DNA of 64,000 nucleotides from Malacoraja senta (taxonomy: Eukaryota): positions 124,001-188,000 of the forward strand of contig JAXLNO010004179.1 in NCBI GenBank assembly GCA_038087875.1. Direction: 5' to 3'. Of this stretch, positions 1 through 11,844 are shown piece by piece (positions within the stretch are counted from its first letter, which is position 1; each line of letters begins with the position of its first letter). The notes below the pieces were generated by a model. The model did not search any database. It saw nothing but the letters and a program-made list of their open reading frames with translations, and was not told where the DNA came from. Position numbers and translations under genes: made by a program.

Positions 1-269
1 GGATATATGACTGTACTCGTAAGGCGCACAGGAATGTTACAGGGAGCCATGAAACATGAGGGACTAATTTGTAGAGTCATGGGGACAAAGCTGGTGTGCT
101 CGACTAAATAGGACAGCTCTTTCAAAGACTAACCTCCTTTTGTGCTGTTTTGAATATGATTCAAAAAACGAGGTTCAACAGAATTCCTAATCTATGTTGT
201 AAAACGGTGGCAGCCTTCGTTCAGTGGCTGCATCTCCTACCCTCACGTCAATAATTCACTCCTCAGACA

Positions 270-475
270 TTACCCATAATCTAGGCTGGCACTGCCATGT
301 ACTAAGGGAGTGCTGCAATGCTGTAGGTATTTTGGATGAGACAAATGATCGAGGACTCATCTGCTTTCTCTGTGGACGTAAAAGATTCAATGATGTTATT
401 TGAAGAGAGCAGACAATTTCCCGTGTGTGCTGGCCTACATTTATCTCGCGCCCAACAACTAAAATAGATTTGCCT
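270..475 (+). mobile_element. Deu-domain SINE remnant (SacSINE1/AmnSINE1-like)
   Basis: GTACTAAGGGAGTGCTGCA...GGATGAGAC...GGACGTAAAAGAT...TATTTGAAGAGAGCAG...TGGCCTACATTTATC matches the DeuSINE core. Confidence 0.65.
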
Positions 476-864
476 AGAATTTCCTTGCTGATTTGCCTAG
501 AATTTCTTTAGTGCCTTTAGACTTTTGTGCCTGTAGGAATGTATTAATCTATCTCTCTGCAACATCCCGACAATCATATGGTCTTGGACCTGCTACCTGG
601 ATATTGAATAAAGCTTGTCCCACACTAATTGTACGCGAGGTAAGTCTTTTTGTTAGCCTTACATGAGGTGAGTCAACGTGCACAAAGGCAGTTGATTAAA
701 TCCAGCCCTGTAGAGGAATGATATAGTGAGTGGGGAGATGGGTTAGAAATGGCGGTGGTGGTTAGGAACAGGAAGTGACTATGGTTGCTGTAGTTGTAGG
801 GTGGAGAACGGGGCTTGAAATTACTGCTCTGGATGAGGTGGCTTATAATCAATGGGGATATAAT

Positions 865-1010
865 GAACTGCAGATGCTGGTTTATAAAACAAGACACAAA
901 GTGCTGGAGTAACTAAGCAGGTCAAGCAGCATCTCTGGAGAACATGAACTGCCAACATTTCGAGTCGAGACCCTTATTCATCTGAGGAAGGGTCCACAAA
1001 AACATCCCCA
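865..1010. mobile_element. Penelope-pLTR-derived hammerhead-type short repeat, head-to-head form
   Basis: GACACAAAGTGCTGGAGTAACTAAGCAGGTCAAGCAGCATCTCTGGAG...CATTTCGAGTCGAGACCCTTATTCA followed by forward CTGAGGAAGGGTCC. Confidence 0.7.
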
Positions 1011-2137
1011 TCCAAAACATCATGTGTTTTTTTTTCTTACAATCACTGGTGTGGATGTGTGTGAGGAAAGTAATTGGGATGGGGCAAGACTTACAAGCAT
1101 TTAGTGTGGGAGAAAGCTGCTGACTGTCAATACCATGCAAGGGGATCAAGAGTGAACTAAAGGAAATCTGGTAAGTCATTAACTTAAAGCATTCTACCTG
1201 AGTTGAGTGCCAAGCTCTGACCTATTCACAAGAGTCCTTTAACATCACGCAGAAGCTGGCTTCTCTGTTTGTTTCTGTGGGCATGGCCTTTAGACATCAC
1301 CACCTTTGCATCACATACAAAGTGTTGAAAGTGGTCTCTCTGTGTGCCTTACATGTCATTGATTACATAGTGCATGTTTGAGGTCCTCCGTGCTCCAAAG
1401 CACAGGAGATGAATAAACAAACGTGATGGAAAATTGCAAACTCCATGATCCACACTAAACTCTCCAATTTTCATTCAGATTTTAATTTTTACATAAATTG
1501 GAATACATGACACACAAAAATCACATGCAATATCTCAGCAATTATCCACCTATTCTTTCACTGGTACGTGATGACGCACATAAACAAGCTGGCATGTTTC
1601 TGAAATCGCAGCACGTCAAGAATGACTGTAAATAGCTTTAGGAAGTCCCAGGCTCCAGAAAGGAGCTATAGAAATCTGAAGCTCGATTTTCCTTTACCAT
1701 TTCAACATTTAGCAACACACGTCCTATTGCTAGACCATCCTTCTCTCTGACAGGATTTTATTTACGTTCTGCTGGCAACAAAAATATAAATATTTCTTAT
1801 TCTGTTTTCCTGCGGATTGTCATGGCATGATTCAGTGGCTCCCAGCCATTTTGGATGAGAACCCCACTCATTCACACTCAGTAAACATGCATGTATGTAC
1901 TCCACCCAGAAAATGTGACAACGTCACAGGTCACTCCTATGAAGAGGTTGGGCTATGTTCTACGGCCAGGGAACCACACAACCAAAATGCAATCTCTATC
2001 TAAACACCAATGTTACTCGGCGTTACTGAATGTAACACAGGGACCCTTGTAATCTCTAGTACCCCCAAGGTGGGGCGTGGGGTGGGTCACACATCCCAGG
2101 TTATGAACCCAGTGGTGTAGATGTGAGGTTGCGACAC

Positions 2138-2156
2138 TGGTCACTAGGTGGCTCTG
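2138..2156 (+). promoter_or_regulatory. Candidate CTCF site
   Basis: TGGTCACTAGGTGGCTCTG versus consensus TGGCCACCAGGGGGCGCTA; flanked by GGGGCGTGG boxes at 2072 and 2245. Confidence 0.45.
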
Positions 2157-3559
2157 TGGAGTGGGTTTCTGAAATCTTGTCAAATCTTCTGAAGATCCAT
2201 CAGCAGGATCGTTAATGGGCTTCTCTTAATAGATGATCAGAAAAGGGGCGTGGTCACATTAATCAGCCGACTATGGTGAAAGGCACAGGGAAAGGAAATA
2301 AATGTGCATATATGCACTCTGTATAGTAGTCATTTGGAGGATGTCTCGGCCACGTTAAACTGACAAAAGCCTGGATTTAAATATTTATTTATATTTAGAC
2401 TGCCATTTATTGTTTTGTTTCTGTGGAAGGCTAGGTGTTAACCATGAAAATCAACTGCTGGAAATCTGAAATAAAAACAGAAAAATGTGGGAACACTGTT
2501 GTTAACCATTTTTATAAGCATTTAAAGCACCTTAACCATGTTGTGCTGCACCAAGACGGATCTAGAGAAACATTAACCAAAGTGTTGCCATGTGAAATAC
2601 CGGCCTTCACATTTTTGTTTGTTGGAATTTTAACAAGACCTTATGGCACCATATGGCAATGTGTTAATATAGAAAAATATGCATCTTTTCCCATTCAAAA
2701 AAAAATCAAAGGTATAGTGAGATTTATGTCTGTTCCCTTAACTTCTGGGCAACATAAGATTGGCACAGCTGAAGATATTACTCAAACAAATGCAGCAAAT
2801 AATAAAAGTCATCTTTATCTAAGTGAACCTTGTGAAGATGCATTTTATTAATGTTTACTGTGGCCTCGGGTTGGGAATACTTGCACCATTCAAAGCAAAG
2901 CATCAGAAAATTTGTATCAATGGTGTGTGACAAACAGGAAAGGGCAACTCGCCCTTTCAAACCCCTTTTTGTATCAAGGGAGAGCATCAAGGCTTCCGGA
3001 CAAGCTTCAAAGGCAGAGAGTACAAGACACTCGAGATGTCTCTTACAATCTAAATGTCAGCCCTAAGAATTTGTCTGGGTAGGCTGAACTAATTTGGGCC
3101 AACAGATTCTTGACCCACTGAGTCATTATCTCAGATCACTAATAATTTATTATTTTCATGAACTGGAACATTTTTCATGAATATTACTTATATAATGTAG
3201 CACATTGACATATTCATAAAAGATGAAAAATCATTAGCGAGGATGGAATGTCTTATTAGACATGGATATATCAATAACATCTGACCCAAATGAATGCGGA
3301 CCACTTTTTCTTCCTCTGCATCGCCTTCATTCTTTTCTTTCTATAAATTAATCTGTCCTCTCATTCTTGTTTGCCCATGCCTACAGAGTGCAGATGAGTA
3401 GATGTATGGTAGCCAATCAAATAATTAAATAGTTACCATATTTTGTCGCATATGCTAATACTTTGAGAGCAGAAACATACAGTAATGTCAATTACTGCTT
3501 GGTAAGTATTGGTTGTGATGATTCACACTTTTTGAAACTGAGGTGTAATTGACAAAGAA

Positions 3560-3868
3560 GTTTAAGTTTAGTTTAGAGATACCGCGCGGAAACAGGCCCT
3601 TCGGCCCACCAAGTCCGCACCGACCACGATCCCCGCACATAAACACTATCCTTCACACACTAGGGACAATTTACATTTCTACCAAGCCAATTAACCGACA
3701 AACCTTCACGTCTTTGGAGTGTGGGAGGAAACCAAAGATCTCGAAGAAAACCCACCCGGTCTCGAAAGAACGTACAAACTCGGTACAGACAGCACCCGTA
3801 ATCGGGATCAAAGCCGGGACTATGGCGCTGAAAGCGCTGTAAAACAGCAACTCTACCACCATGCTATC
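3560..3868 (-). mobile_element. tRNA-derived V-SINE (HE1-like), near full length
   Basis: Reverse strand shows a tRNA-like head (GGTAGAGTTGCTG), V-domain (TTTCCTCCCACACTCCAAAGACGT) and CR1-type tail (GGGCCGAAGGGCCTGTTTCC...CTAAACTAAAC). Confidence 0.85.
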
Positions 3869-4061
3869 CTGTCACTTTATTCCTTTCTCGCTAGCTGGTA
3901 TCCGCTTGTAATCTGGGAATTATTCTTCCTGCTCAGTCCACTAAACCATAACTTCAATATTCTTGATCCTTATTTGTTAAGCATAACCAATATTCGCTTC
4001 CTACTCTCTTCAATTCTCTGTGGGTTAGGACCTTTAACTAAGATATTTGCAAACGCGCAGG

Positions 4062-4178
4062 TGTAACTCAATGGGCCAGGCTGCATCCCTGGAGAAAAAG
4101 GACGGGTGATGTTTTGGTTCGGGACCCTTCCTCAGTCCCTAACTGGTGATATTTCAGGTCTGGATCCTTCCTCAGAAC
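4062..4178 (-). mobile_element. Penelope-pLTR-derived repeat with two tandem hammerhead-like motifs
   Basis: 40-bp tandem duplication; minus strand CTGAGGAAGGATCCAGACCTGAAATATCACC and CTGAGGAAGGGTCCCGAACCAAAACATCACC. Confidence 0.7.
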
Positions 4179-4757
4179 TTTTACCTGTTATGACAGGTGT
4201 GATCCCATACCGACAATAAATTTTTAGCTATAAGAATAATATTGGAGGAACATGTGATTTGAAAAGGCTGCTTTCTGGGAAGCACAGCAGCAATAAATGA
4301 GCGCCTTGACATGCCTCTTCTTCCTAATTCCTCTTGGACCATACTTCACAAGCACTTTGTTGACCACACATTTATGCTGCATATTTCCTGGATATATACC
4401 TCTAGATTACACCTTGATGCTCCTGCTCCATGATAACCTGATGGTTTCACATGGTGAAATATTAAACCAGGCATTGCAGCATGTAATTTCCTATTCTTAT
4501 GATCACAAACGCACCAGGCTCAAAGAGCTGAGTACCTGTCACATCAAATTTCAGATGTGGCAATTCCAGTCAGTTAGGCAGCAGAATAACAAAACTTTCT
4601 GACTTGATGGTAAAACATATGCAACGTCTTAAGTTATGACGATAATGTCCTCAGGAAATAGATGACATCACCAAGGCTGCGCTTATACCTTGCGTAATTC
4701 TCTCGGTGCATTGTCAGGAAAATGGTGTCAATGGAATGAATCAGCACCAGTAGAGCC

Positions 4758-6503
4758 TCTATATATAACTAAAGCTCTGATCTTGTTATCTTCCGGTTGC
4801 ACGGTCATTCTATTTGCGCAAAAACGTTACGCGATAGTGTTACTATTTTTCGCCAGCTTACTCACCGTTCACCTGCGCTGCGATTGCACCAAGTTTCGTT
4901 CTGATCGGTGGTCTAATGCAAACGTTAGCGAGGTTTAAAAATCTTAGAAACCGCGCGTGCGCAGATCGATCTCCTCTCCTGCCGTTCAGCGCCACGTGGA
5001 TTGGTCTTTTCTCCTGTTTCTCCGCAGGACGGTCCGCCCCTTCCTGCGCCATCGGATCTTTACTGGAGCTGTGGATGGCCGGCGGAGGTTTCCAACCAGA
5101 CACAATTTTCGGAGGGACTGGAAAGGGCGGCTCGGCGCGGGAAATGTCGCCAAACGGAAAATCTGATCCCGACAGAAGAGAACGACCAGCGGACCAGCAG
5201 TCGAGCAACCGCTGTGAGTCCGCTCCAGCCCCTTCCCCTCTGGTCCCCCTCGCTGGCTCCTGCGTCCCTCCCCCATGATATCCCCCACAACCCCCGTCTT
5301 TTCTCTGAACTCTCTCCCCCCGCCCCCACAACCCCTCCCCCCCCTACAGCCCAGCCTCTCCCGCACCCCTCCCTGCCCCCACAGCCCTCCCCGCCCACAC
5401 AACACCCCCACCCACACAAGCTCACCCCCGCACACCCACCCTCACCCCCGCCCACCCACCCTCACCCCCGCCCACCCCTCCCCCCACAACCCCCTCCCCC
5501 ACTCACCCCCTCTCCCCCACACAACACCTCTCCCACACACAACCCCCGCCCCCACTCACCCCCTCTCCCCCACACATCACCCCCCTCCCCCACACACTCC
5601 CTCCCACACAGCCTCCTCCCCCTCCCATACATACCCCTCCTCATCCCACACACACAGCCTCTCCCCTCCCCCACACCCTCCCCTCCCATCCCACACACCC
5701 CACCTCCCCCCAGCCACACAACAACCCCACCACACGAGCAGTAGGCCACGGCAGCGCTCCCCCCCCCCACCGGCCCCGACCTGATGCCGGCCCGTCCCCA
5801 GCTGCAGTACACTCCCCCACGAGCCCCCGCCTGAAACCGTCCCTGTCCCCAGCTGCAGGGTGCTTTCCACTGGCCCCACGGCAGCGGTAGGCCACGGCAG
5901 CAGCAGGGGTTGGCCACAGCAGCGCTCCCACGCTTCCCCACCGGCCCCTGACAGCCCCCGCCTGCAGCCGTCCTCCTCCCCTGGCTGCAGAATGCAAAAA
6001 GAGATGCAACAAGAAAGAATGGACTGAATAAATCTCATCTTTAACGTTTAAATTGTTGTGATATTTTAAGTTATTCACATCTTAAGCTTTAATAAATCCC
6101 TTTTCCACTTGCCGTGCCCATCAGCTGCGTAATACCTGCGTGTTCTACGTCACAATGAGAATCCAATGGGCGGGAATGGCTGCGCCGCTGGAGAGCCGCT
6201 AGGAGTGGATGGAGGGGGGGGGGTTGAGGGGGGATGGCGTGAGTGCGTGGAGGGGGAAGGGCAAGAGGCGGAGTGGGTGCGGGGGGGGGTGAGGGGAGGA
6301 GGGGGGATCAGGGTTGTCACAATGGGAACCCGTCAGCCGCATCTGCGCAGTTAGGGGCTATGGGTGAGTGGTGGCATATTGCGTTGGGGGAACGGGTTTA
6401 GTCGGGGGAACGGGTGAGTGGTGGAATAATGCTTGGGAATGGATTGCGTTGGGGGACCAGGCCTCCCGTGTGACTGGGACCCAACGGGTCCCACTTAGTC
6501 TAG
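4758..6503 (+). mobile_element. Non-autonomous Helitron (~1.75 kb)
   Basis: 5' TCTATATATAACTAAAG; 3' perfect hairpin TGGGACCC-AAC-GGGTCCCA (6475-6493), then CTTAGT and CTAG (6500-6503) followed by T; no TSD; CpG-rich interior contrasts with the flanks. Confidence 0.8.
5270..5970. repeat. C-rich low-complexity/minisatellite tract inside the Helitron (G-rich, G4-prone on minus strand)
   Basis: Runs such as CCCCCACAC/CCCCTCCCC and repeated CCACGGCAGCG / CCCCAGCTGCAG units. Confidence 0.8.
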
Positions 6504-6519
6504 TAATAGATAGGGATGT

Positions 6520-6966
6520 GTTACCAATGGAAACTTGGCACGAACATTGGCAATTCCTGTTGCTATAGAAGGGAGTGTTGCATTATTGATAAAGGAGAAT
6601 TTCACAGCAGTTGTCCGAGATGACATTAGTGATGGTTCCTCCAGTGAGGCTACAAGGGTGGAGCTGAGAAATAAGAAAGGGATGATCACTTACTCGGGAA
6701 TGTACTACAGACCCCCAAAAAGTCAACAGGAATTAGGAGGGCAAATATACCAAGAAACTGCAGGCAGCTGTAAAGCTAATAAGGTGGTCATAGTGGGGGA
6801 TATTAGCTGCCTGAGGAGGTAGTTAAGGCCGGTACTATCGCCACATTTAAAAGACATTTGGACAGGTACATGGATAGGATAAGCTTGGAAAGATATGGGC
6901 CAAACGCAGGCAGGTGGGAATAGTGTAGATGGGGCATGGGCATGTTGGTCAGTGTGGGTAGGTTGG
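6520..6966 (+). mobile_element. CR1 LINE remnants (APE endonuclease fragment joined to a 3' end)
   Basis: ORF 6535..6822 contains VALLIKEN...VELRNKKG...GMYYRPP...VVIVGD; followed by TTTAAAAGACATTTGGACAGGTACATGGATAGG, a CR1 3' motif. Confidence 0.75.
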
Positions 6967-7654
6967 AACAGATCGTTATCCTTCGCCGGCATTCTTGTTC
7001 CGATGAATCACTCATTTCTTGGTGCGGTGGAGTGTGAGGAGTAGGGTGAGTGAACTGGCACTCAGCCCTGAGCTGAACTCTGGCCCACTGACCATTGAGC
7101 CTGTTGCCATGGAGATGCCTCTGGCTTGGCAACAAAATGCAACCAAACAAAGAGAGGGGGGAACAGTAACTTCTGTCACACCCAACAGGAGGTGCACAAG
7201 GGAGGACATAGGATCCAGGTGGCCTGTCAGCACTTGGGCAGATGCTGCTAATCTCATGGGCCACACTCACATGCCAGCCAGGGGTAGCGATGAACACTAC
7301 ATCTCAGCGCTGAGCAGCTATCTTTTTGCACACTGAATATCTGCAGCTTCGATACTGATCTCGGATGCTCTCTTTGTGTCATCTTCAAGTTCTACCTGTA
7401 TGCCAGTTCAATGAATCAATGATACTACATATCCCCAAGTATACTGAAATGATTTGTTTTGCATTCTACCCAGTAAAAATATGTAGCAAACCTCATTTAG
7501 GCAGTCCACAAGTGTTGCCACGTTTTGGCGCTGACAAAGTTACAAAAGTTCACAGACATTCCTGTCTACTGTCTGCCGCGTACATGGCAGAAGCACCCCC
7601 CCCCCCCACCCCGCCTCACCCCCGCTGGGTCCCCTTCGTTCATGGCAACCCCCC

Positions 7655-7865
7655 CCCACCCACATCCCAACGGCATGCAGATTGGTAGTTTAATTGGCCA
7701 CTGTAGGTTGTTCCCTGTGTGTAGGTAAGTGGTGGAATCTGGGGGAAAGCTGAAGACAACATGTGGGTGAATAAAAATGGGATTAATGTGGGATCAGTTT
7801 AAAATAAAGGGTTAATGGTTAGTGCGGACGTGTTTCCACTTTACACCTTTTTGTGACTCCATGAA
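7655..7865 (+). mobile_element. V-SINE 3' part, diverged
   Basis: CCCACATCCCAA...TTAATTGGCCACTGTA...GTGTGTAGGT...GGAATCTGGGGG matches the SINE body. Confidence 0.6.
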
Positions 7866-8227
7866 GCTATTGCAAAATGCATTTGCTGTGGGTTGTTTTT
7901 GATGAATATTGTGTCTGTCATAAAAGGTGGAATCTTCACAGAAAGACCTTAGACTTTAAGTGGCTGGTGGATGGAAAGCAGAGGGACATTGAGGATGTTC
8001 ACGAAATAACTGATTTTTATTTTTTGGCATTCATTTCATAATGCCGAGGACTCATTGGAATTCTTTGTTAACACATATTAGCATATTCTGCCTACCTTGG
8101 CCACATTAACAAGACTGATTACCATAGTGCACAACACTGAGGGATTTGCATGGATTTAGACATTTTAATTTTTGTCAGCAGCTATGTATAATGATAGGAA
8201 TCATAATGGAGAGCTCCATTTATGCAG

Positions 8228-8282
8228 GCACTAAGGATATTCAGCTCTGGGAAACACTGGGCGAGCTGAATATCCTTAGTGC
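8228..8282. other. Perfect 20-bp inverted repeat (hairpin, 15-nt loop)
   Basis: GCACTAAGGATATTCAGCTC (8228-8247) / GAGCTGAATATCCTTAGTGC (8263-8282). Confidence 0.9.
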
Positions 8283-9241
8283 TTGGTCCACTGCATTCAT
8301 GGAAGATGTTATTAGAAATTGATTAAAAAGTTACAAAAGTTATTATTGATGACATTTGAATCTAAACAACGTAACTATTAATGACAGAGTAATTTTGGGA
8401 TCATATAGGACCTACTATGAAATATATAGTATTCAGAATGCAAAATATAATTTAGAATTACACAAAAATGGAAAAGAAAAATGCAACTTTTGGCTTGGTG
8501 ACATAGCATGCTAAGTACTTTCAATCTGCAATATTTCTAATACCATGTTATTACAAGGCACACAAGTTTCAAGTAGCCAAAATGTTACACTACAAGACTA
8601 GATTAAAATAAGGCTTCCCTTGTGTTAGTAAAACTGCCAAATCAATAGTCTCAGGGAAATTATTCAGATGTCACGGTAGGTGGTATATAATCCAAAATCA
8701 TTAAAGGGTTTATAGCATCGTATAAGAACTGGCCTGACTGATAAGGTTCTTCTGTTACCTGATGATGAGCAAAATGCAAACTCCAGCTCAGTAAAAAAAT
8801 CTCATAGAAACAGTGTGTTCCATCTATCATTAGCTGATATCATTTTATATCCTTCTTTATAATTTATTCTTTCGTAATATAATGTAATATAAAAGCAGTG
8901 TGCACCTCTATTTGTAAACAGCTCTACTTGCCAAAAATAACCATGAATGACCAATGGCCAGCATAACAATAAATCAGAGAGCACACAAGAAAAACAAACA
9001 TTTTAAACCGTATAATATACCAAGAACAAAGGTGACACAAGAGACAGTATGGCTCTAAAAGTGAGTGTAAAGAGACCTGCAAAGGGAAGCAAAATCAACA
9101 AAACAAATATATGATAGTCCAAAAAAATGTCAAACAATGGCAGAAATTGATACGTAAGAAAAGGAAATGATGCAAAAAAAACAGAGTACTGGAGAAACTG
9201 AGCGAGTCGGGCAGCATCTATGGAGGGAAATGGACAGATAA

Positions 9242-9698
9242 AGGCTCTGTCCCACGGGTTTGCGGTCGATGGCGGTGAAGCGCGGCATCGCCGGAAGAGG
9301 GGACCGCACGGCAACCACGAGAGCGCCGCAGGGGGGCCAAGTACGGCCGGTTCAACGAGCTTGCGGTTTCGGCAGATGACGTCTTTCGGATCGCGGGGCT
9401 GTGGCGGCGGCCGTGCCGCACACGTACCTCACTGTCGGCGGCTGTGCCGCACACGTACCTCACTGGCGGCGGCTGTGGCGGTGACCGTGCCGCACATGTG
9501 CCTCACTGGCGGCGGCTGTGCGGTAGGAACATATTTTTGGACAGTGTTGGGTTTTTATTAGCACCGTGCGGTGTTGGGAACAACGCCGCACGGCCCCGGA
9601 ATTGTGCGTTTGACCGAGCCCGCGGTCTCTGGCGGCCCAGGAGCGGTAGATAGTTCCTGTTTCGCCGCCAATGACCGCAGACTCATGAGACAGGCCTT
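9242..9698 (+). mobile_element. PIF/Harbinger-type MITE, copy 1
   Basis: Imperfect TIRs AGGCTCTGTCCCA / TGAGACAGGCCTT; TAA TSD at 9239-9241 and 9699-9701; internal tandem GCCGCACACGTACCTCACTGGCGGCGGCTGT units; homologous to 56391-56952. Confidence 0.8.
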
Positions 9699-9804
9699 TA
9701 ACACTTCAGATCATGACACTTCAGACTGATAGAGTAGAGGGAGAGAAAATTGGTCGAAAGAAGTGAGAGCAAAGGGTGGGGTAAGAGCCGGCAAGTGATA
9801 GAGG

Positions 9805-10470
9805 GACACAAATTGCTGCAGTAACTCAGCAGGACAGGCAGCATCTCGGGATAGAAGGAATGGCTGATGTTTTGGGTCAAGACCCTTCTTCAGACAGAGA
9901 GATTTGGAAGATGTCAGGTGGGGGAGAGAAGGGTGAAGATAGTAACCGCTGTTGGAGGTGATAAGTGGAGAAGACAAAAGGTTGTAAATGATGGTGCAAA
10001 GATGAGAACCAGACTTTTCCATGGATCTCATAAATCTGACAAAAAAGGATGGTGGGAAATGAAATGTAGAACCAGTAGCAGGGATGTTGGGTAGAGGTTG
10101 CAGAATAAAAATGGGGGACCCAGAGTGGGTCGAGATGCGTCATGAGGAGGTGGTCAAAGTAGAGGAGAAGAAATGAACTGGGTGACAAGTGGAATGAAAG
10201 GGAAAGGGGTGGATGATTTAACAGGATAGATAAGAAGTGACGGGGGCAGGGGGGAGAGATACCTGAAATTAAATAACTATATGTTCATGCCATTGGTTAT
10301 TAGCTACCAAAGCGGAATATGAGATTCTGCTCTTCTAGTCTGCATGTGATACCACTCTGGCAGTGGAGGAGGCCGAAGACAGACAGGTTGGTGTGGGCAT
10401 GGGTACGAACACTAAAAAGTGGTTTGTAACCGGCAGCTTCAGCTGGCCCTGGTGGGCAGAGCGCATGTCC
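9805..10470 (-). mobile_element. Penelope-like element 3' remnant (decayed GIY-YIG end, pyrimidine-rich 3' UTR, HHR-bearing pLTR)
   Basis: Minus strand GTCTGAAGAAGGGTCTTGACCCAAAACATC at about 9865-9895; 10260-10460 resembles the reverse complement of 50560-50780. Confidence 0.7.
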
Positions 10471-10589
10471 AGTGAAGTGGTCGCAATTATGTACCTATTC
10501 TACAATTACCTCCTCACTTTGGCTGCAGGTAGGATAGAACAGTGTTGGAGATAATGGGAAGCTATTAATAGTGGAAATCCAAACCAAAA

Positions 10590-10876
10590 ACATCAGAGAG
10601 ATTCAATCCTGTGCGGAGTTTGGATGTTCTCCCTATGACCACGTGAACTTCTTCCAGATGCTCAAGTTTCTTCTCACATCACAAAAATATGCTAGTTAAT
10701 AACAATATTGAACACTGTAATTGCTCTTAGTGTTTCCGGAAGTCCGGGAAGGGGGGAAACGTAAAGGGCATAAAATGCGATTGCCGTAGCATTAGGCACG
10801 GATGAATGCTTGATGGTTGGCACGAACTTGGTGAACCAAAGGGCCTGCTTCCATGCTGTACAACTCTATGACTCTA
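10590..10876 (+). mobile_element. V-SINE (HE1-like), diverged
   Basis: GGAGTTTGGATGTTCTCCCTATGACC...AAAGGGCCTGCTTCCATGCTGTACAACTCTATGACTCTA. Confidence 0.7.
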
Positions 10877-11844
10877 TTAGAATGCCACAAATAGGAAAAT
10901 AATCTTAGAATATAATCAAATGTTGTAGCTGATATCCAAGAGCCTAGAATATAAGGGAGTAGAAACATTACTATGGGTATAAAAAGCCATGGTTAAATAA
11001 GTACTGTGGGCAATGCAGGACAGCACGCAGGGATTATGTTTGGACGTTGGAGATAGCAAGCTTAGATCTATTGGACTTATCTCTTATACAAAGGGTTTAA
11101 TTATGGGGAATGATTACATAAATCTTCCTGGAATTTCAAATGAGACAGATATTTTTATTATATTTGTTCAAAATAAGAGGAACATTTTTTGAATTAATAT
11201 AAATTTATTGGGCAGATGTAGAAAAATGATTCCCACTGCTTGGGATCAATTGAACTATGAATTATACTAAGATAGAAGAGTGGACTTTCTGGAAGACAAC
11301 CGAGTAAATGTTCACTCAAGTCAGATCCTACTTTTCAAATATAGCTTCCCAAAATATGTTTTTAATCTCTCAGACATTATAAGACTGATTGTCAGAGGCA
11401 TGGACATAAAAAAAGAGTGGAGAAAAAAAATATCCACAAGAAATAAAGGAGAAAGGGAGAAGTAAATATGACAATGAACAGAAGAGGATGTAAACAAATA
11501 TAATGAAACCAAGCCATATTACAGGACACAATAGGATAACCAAAAAGCTTTAACAGCATTCAAATGCTAAATAGATTATTATGCGATTGAAATGAGAGCG
11601 CTGGTATGTCTTAGGTCATTTTCTGATATAGCTGTGGTTAGCCTGGTAGGAATTCATATCTTGATTTGTGTGTTTGAGGAAGTTCCTGCTGCAGGAAGAC
11701 ACGAACAGTACCCTGATCTCAGAATTTCATGTCATGACCAGTGTCCTGTGGCCCAGCACTTGGCAGGAGCTACTGTCAAAATTTAAACAGGAAACTAGAC
11801 CCCGGCATGTCTCAACCTTTGTATCTAAGCCTTTTAGGTTCTGG

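Noticed and set aside
467-506. Direct repeat GATTTGCCTAGAATTTC x2
   Set aside because: Simple local tandem duplication at a SINE remnant; no further structure.
4858-6354. Multiple Pro/Gly-rich ORFs in several frames
   Set aside because: Products of the C-rich low-complexity interior of the Helitron; not protein-like.
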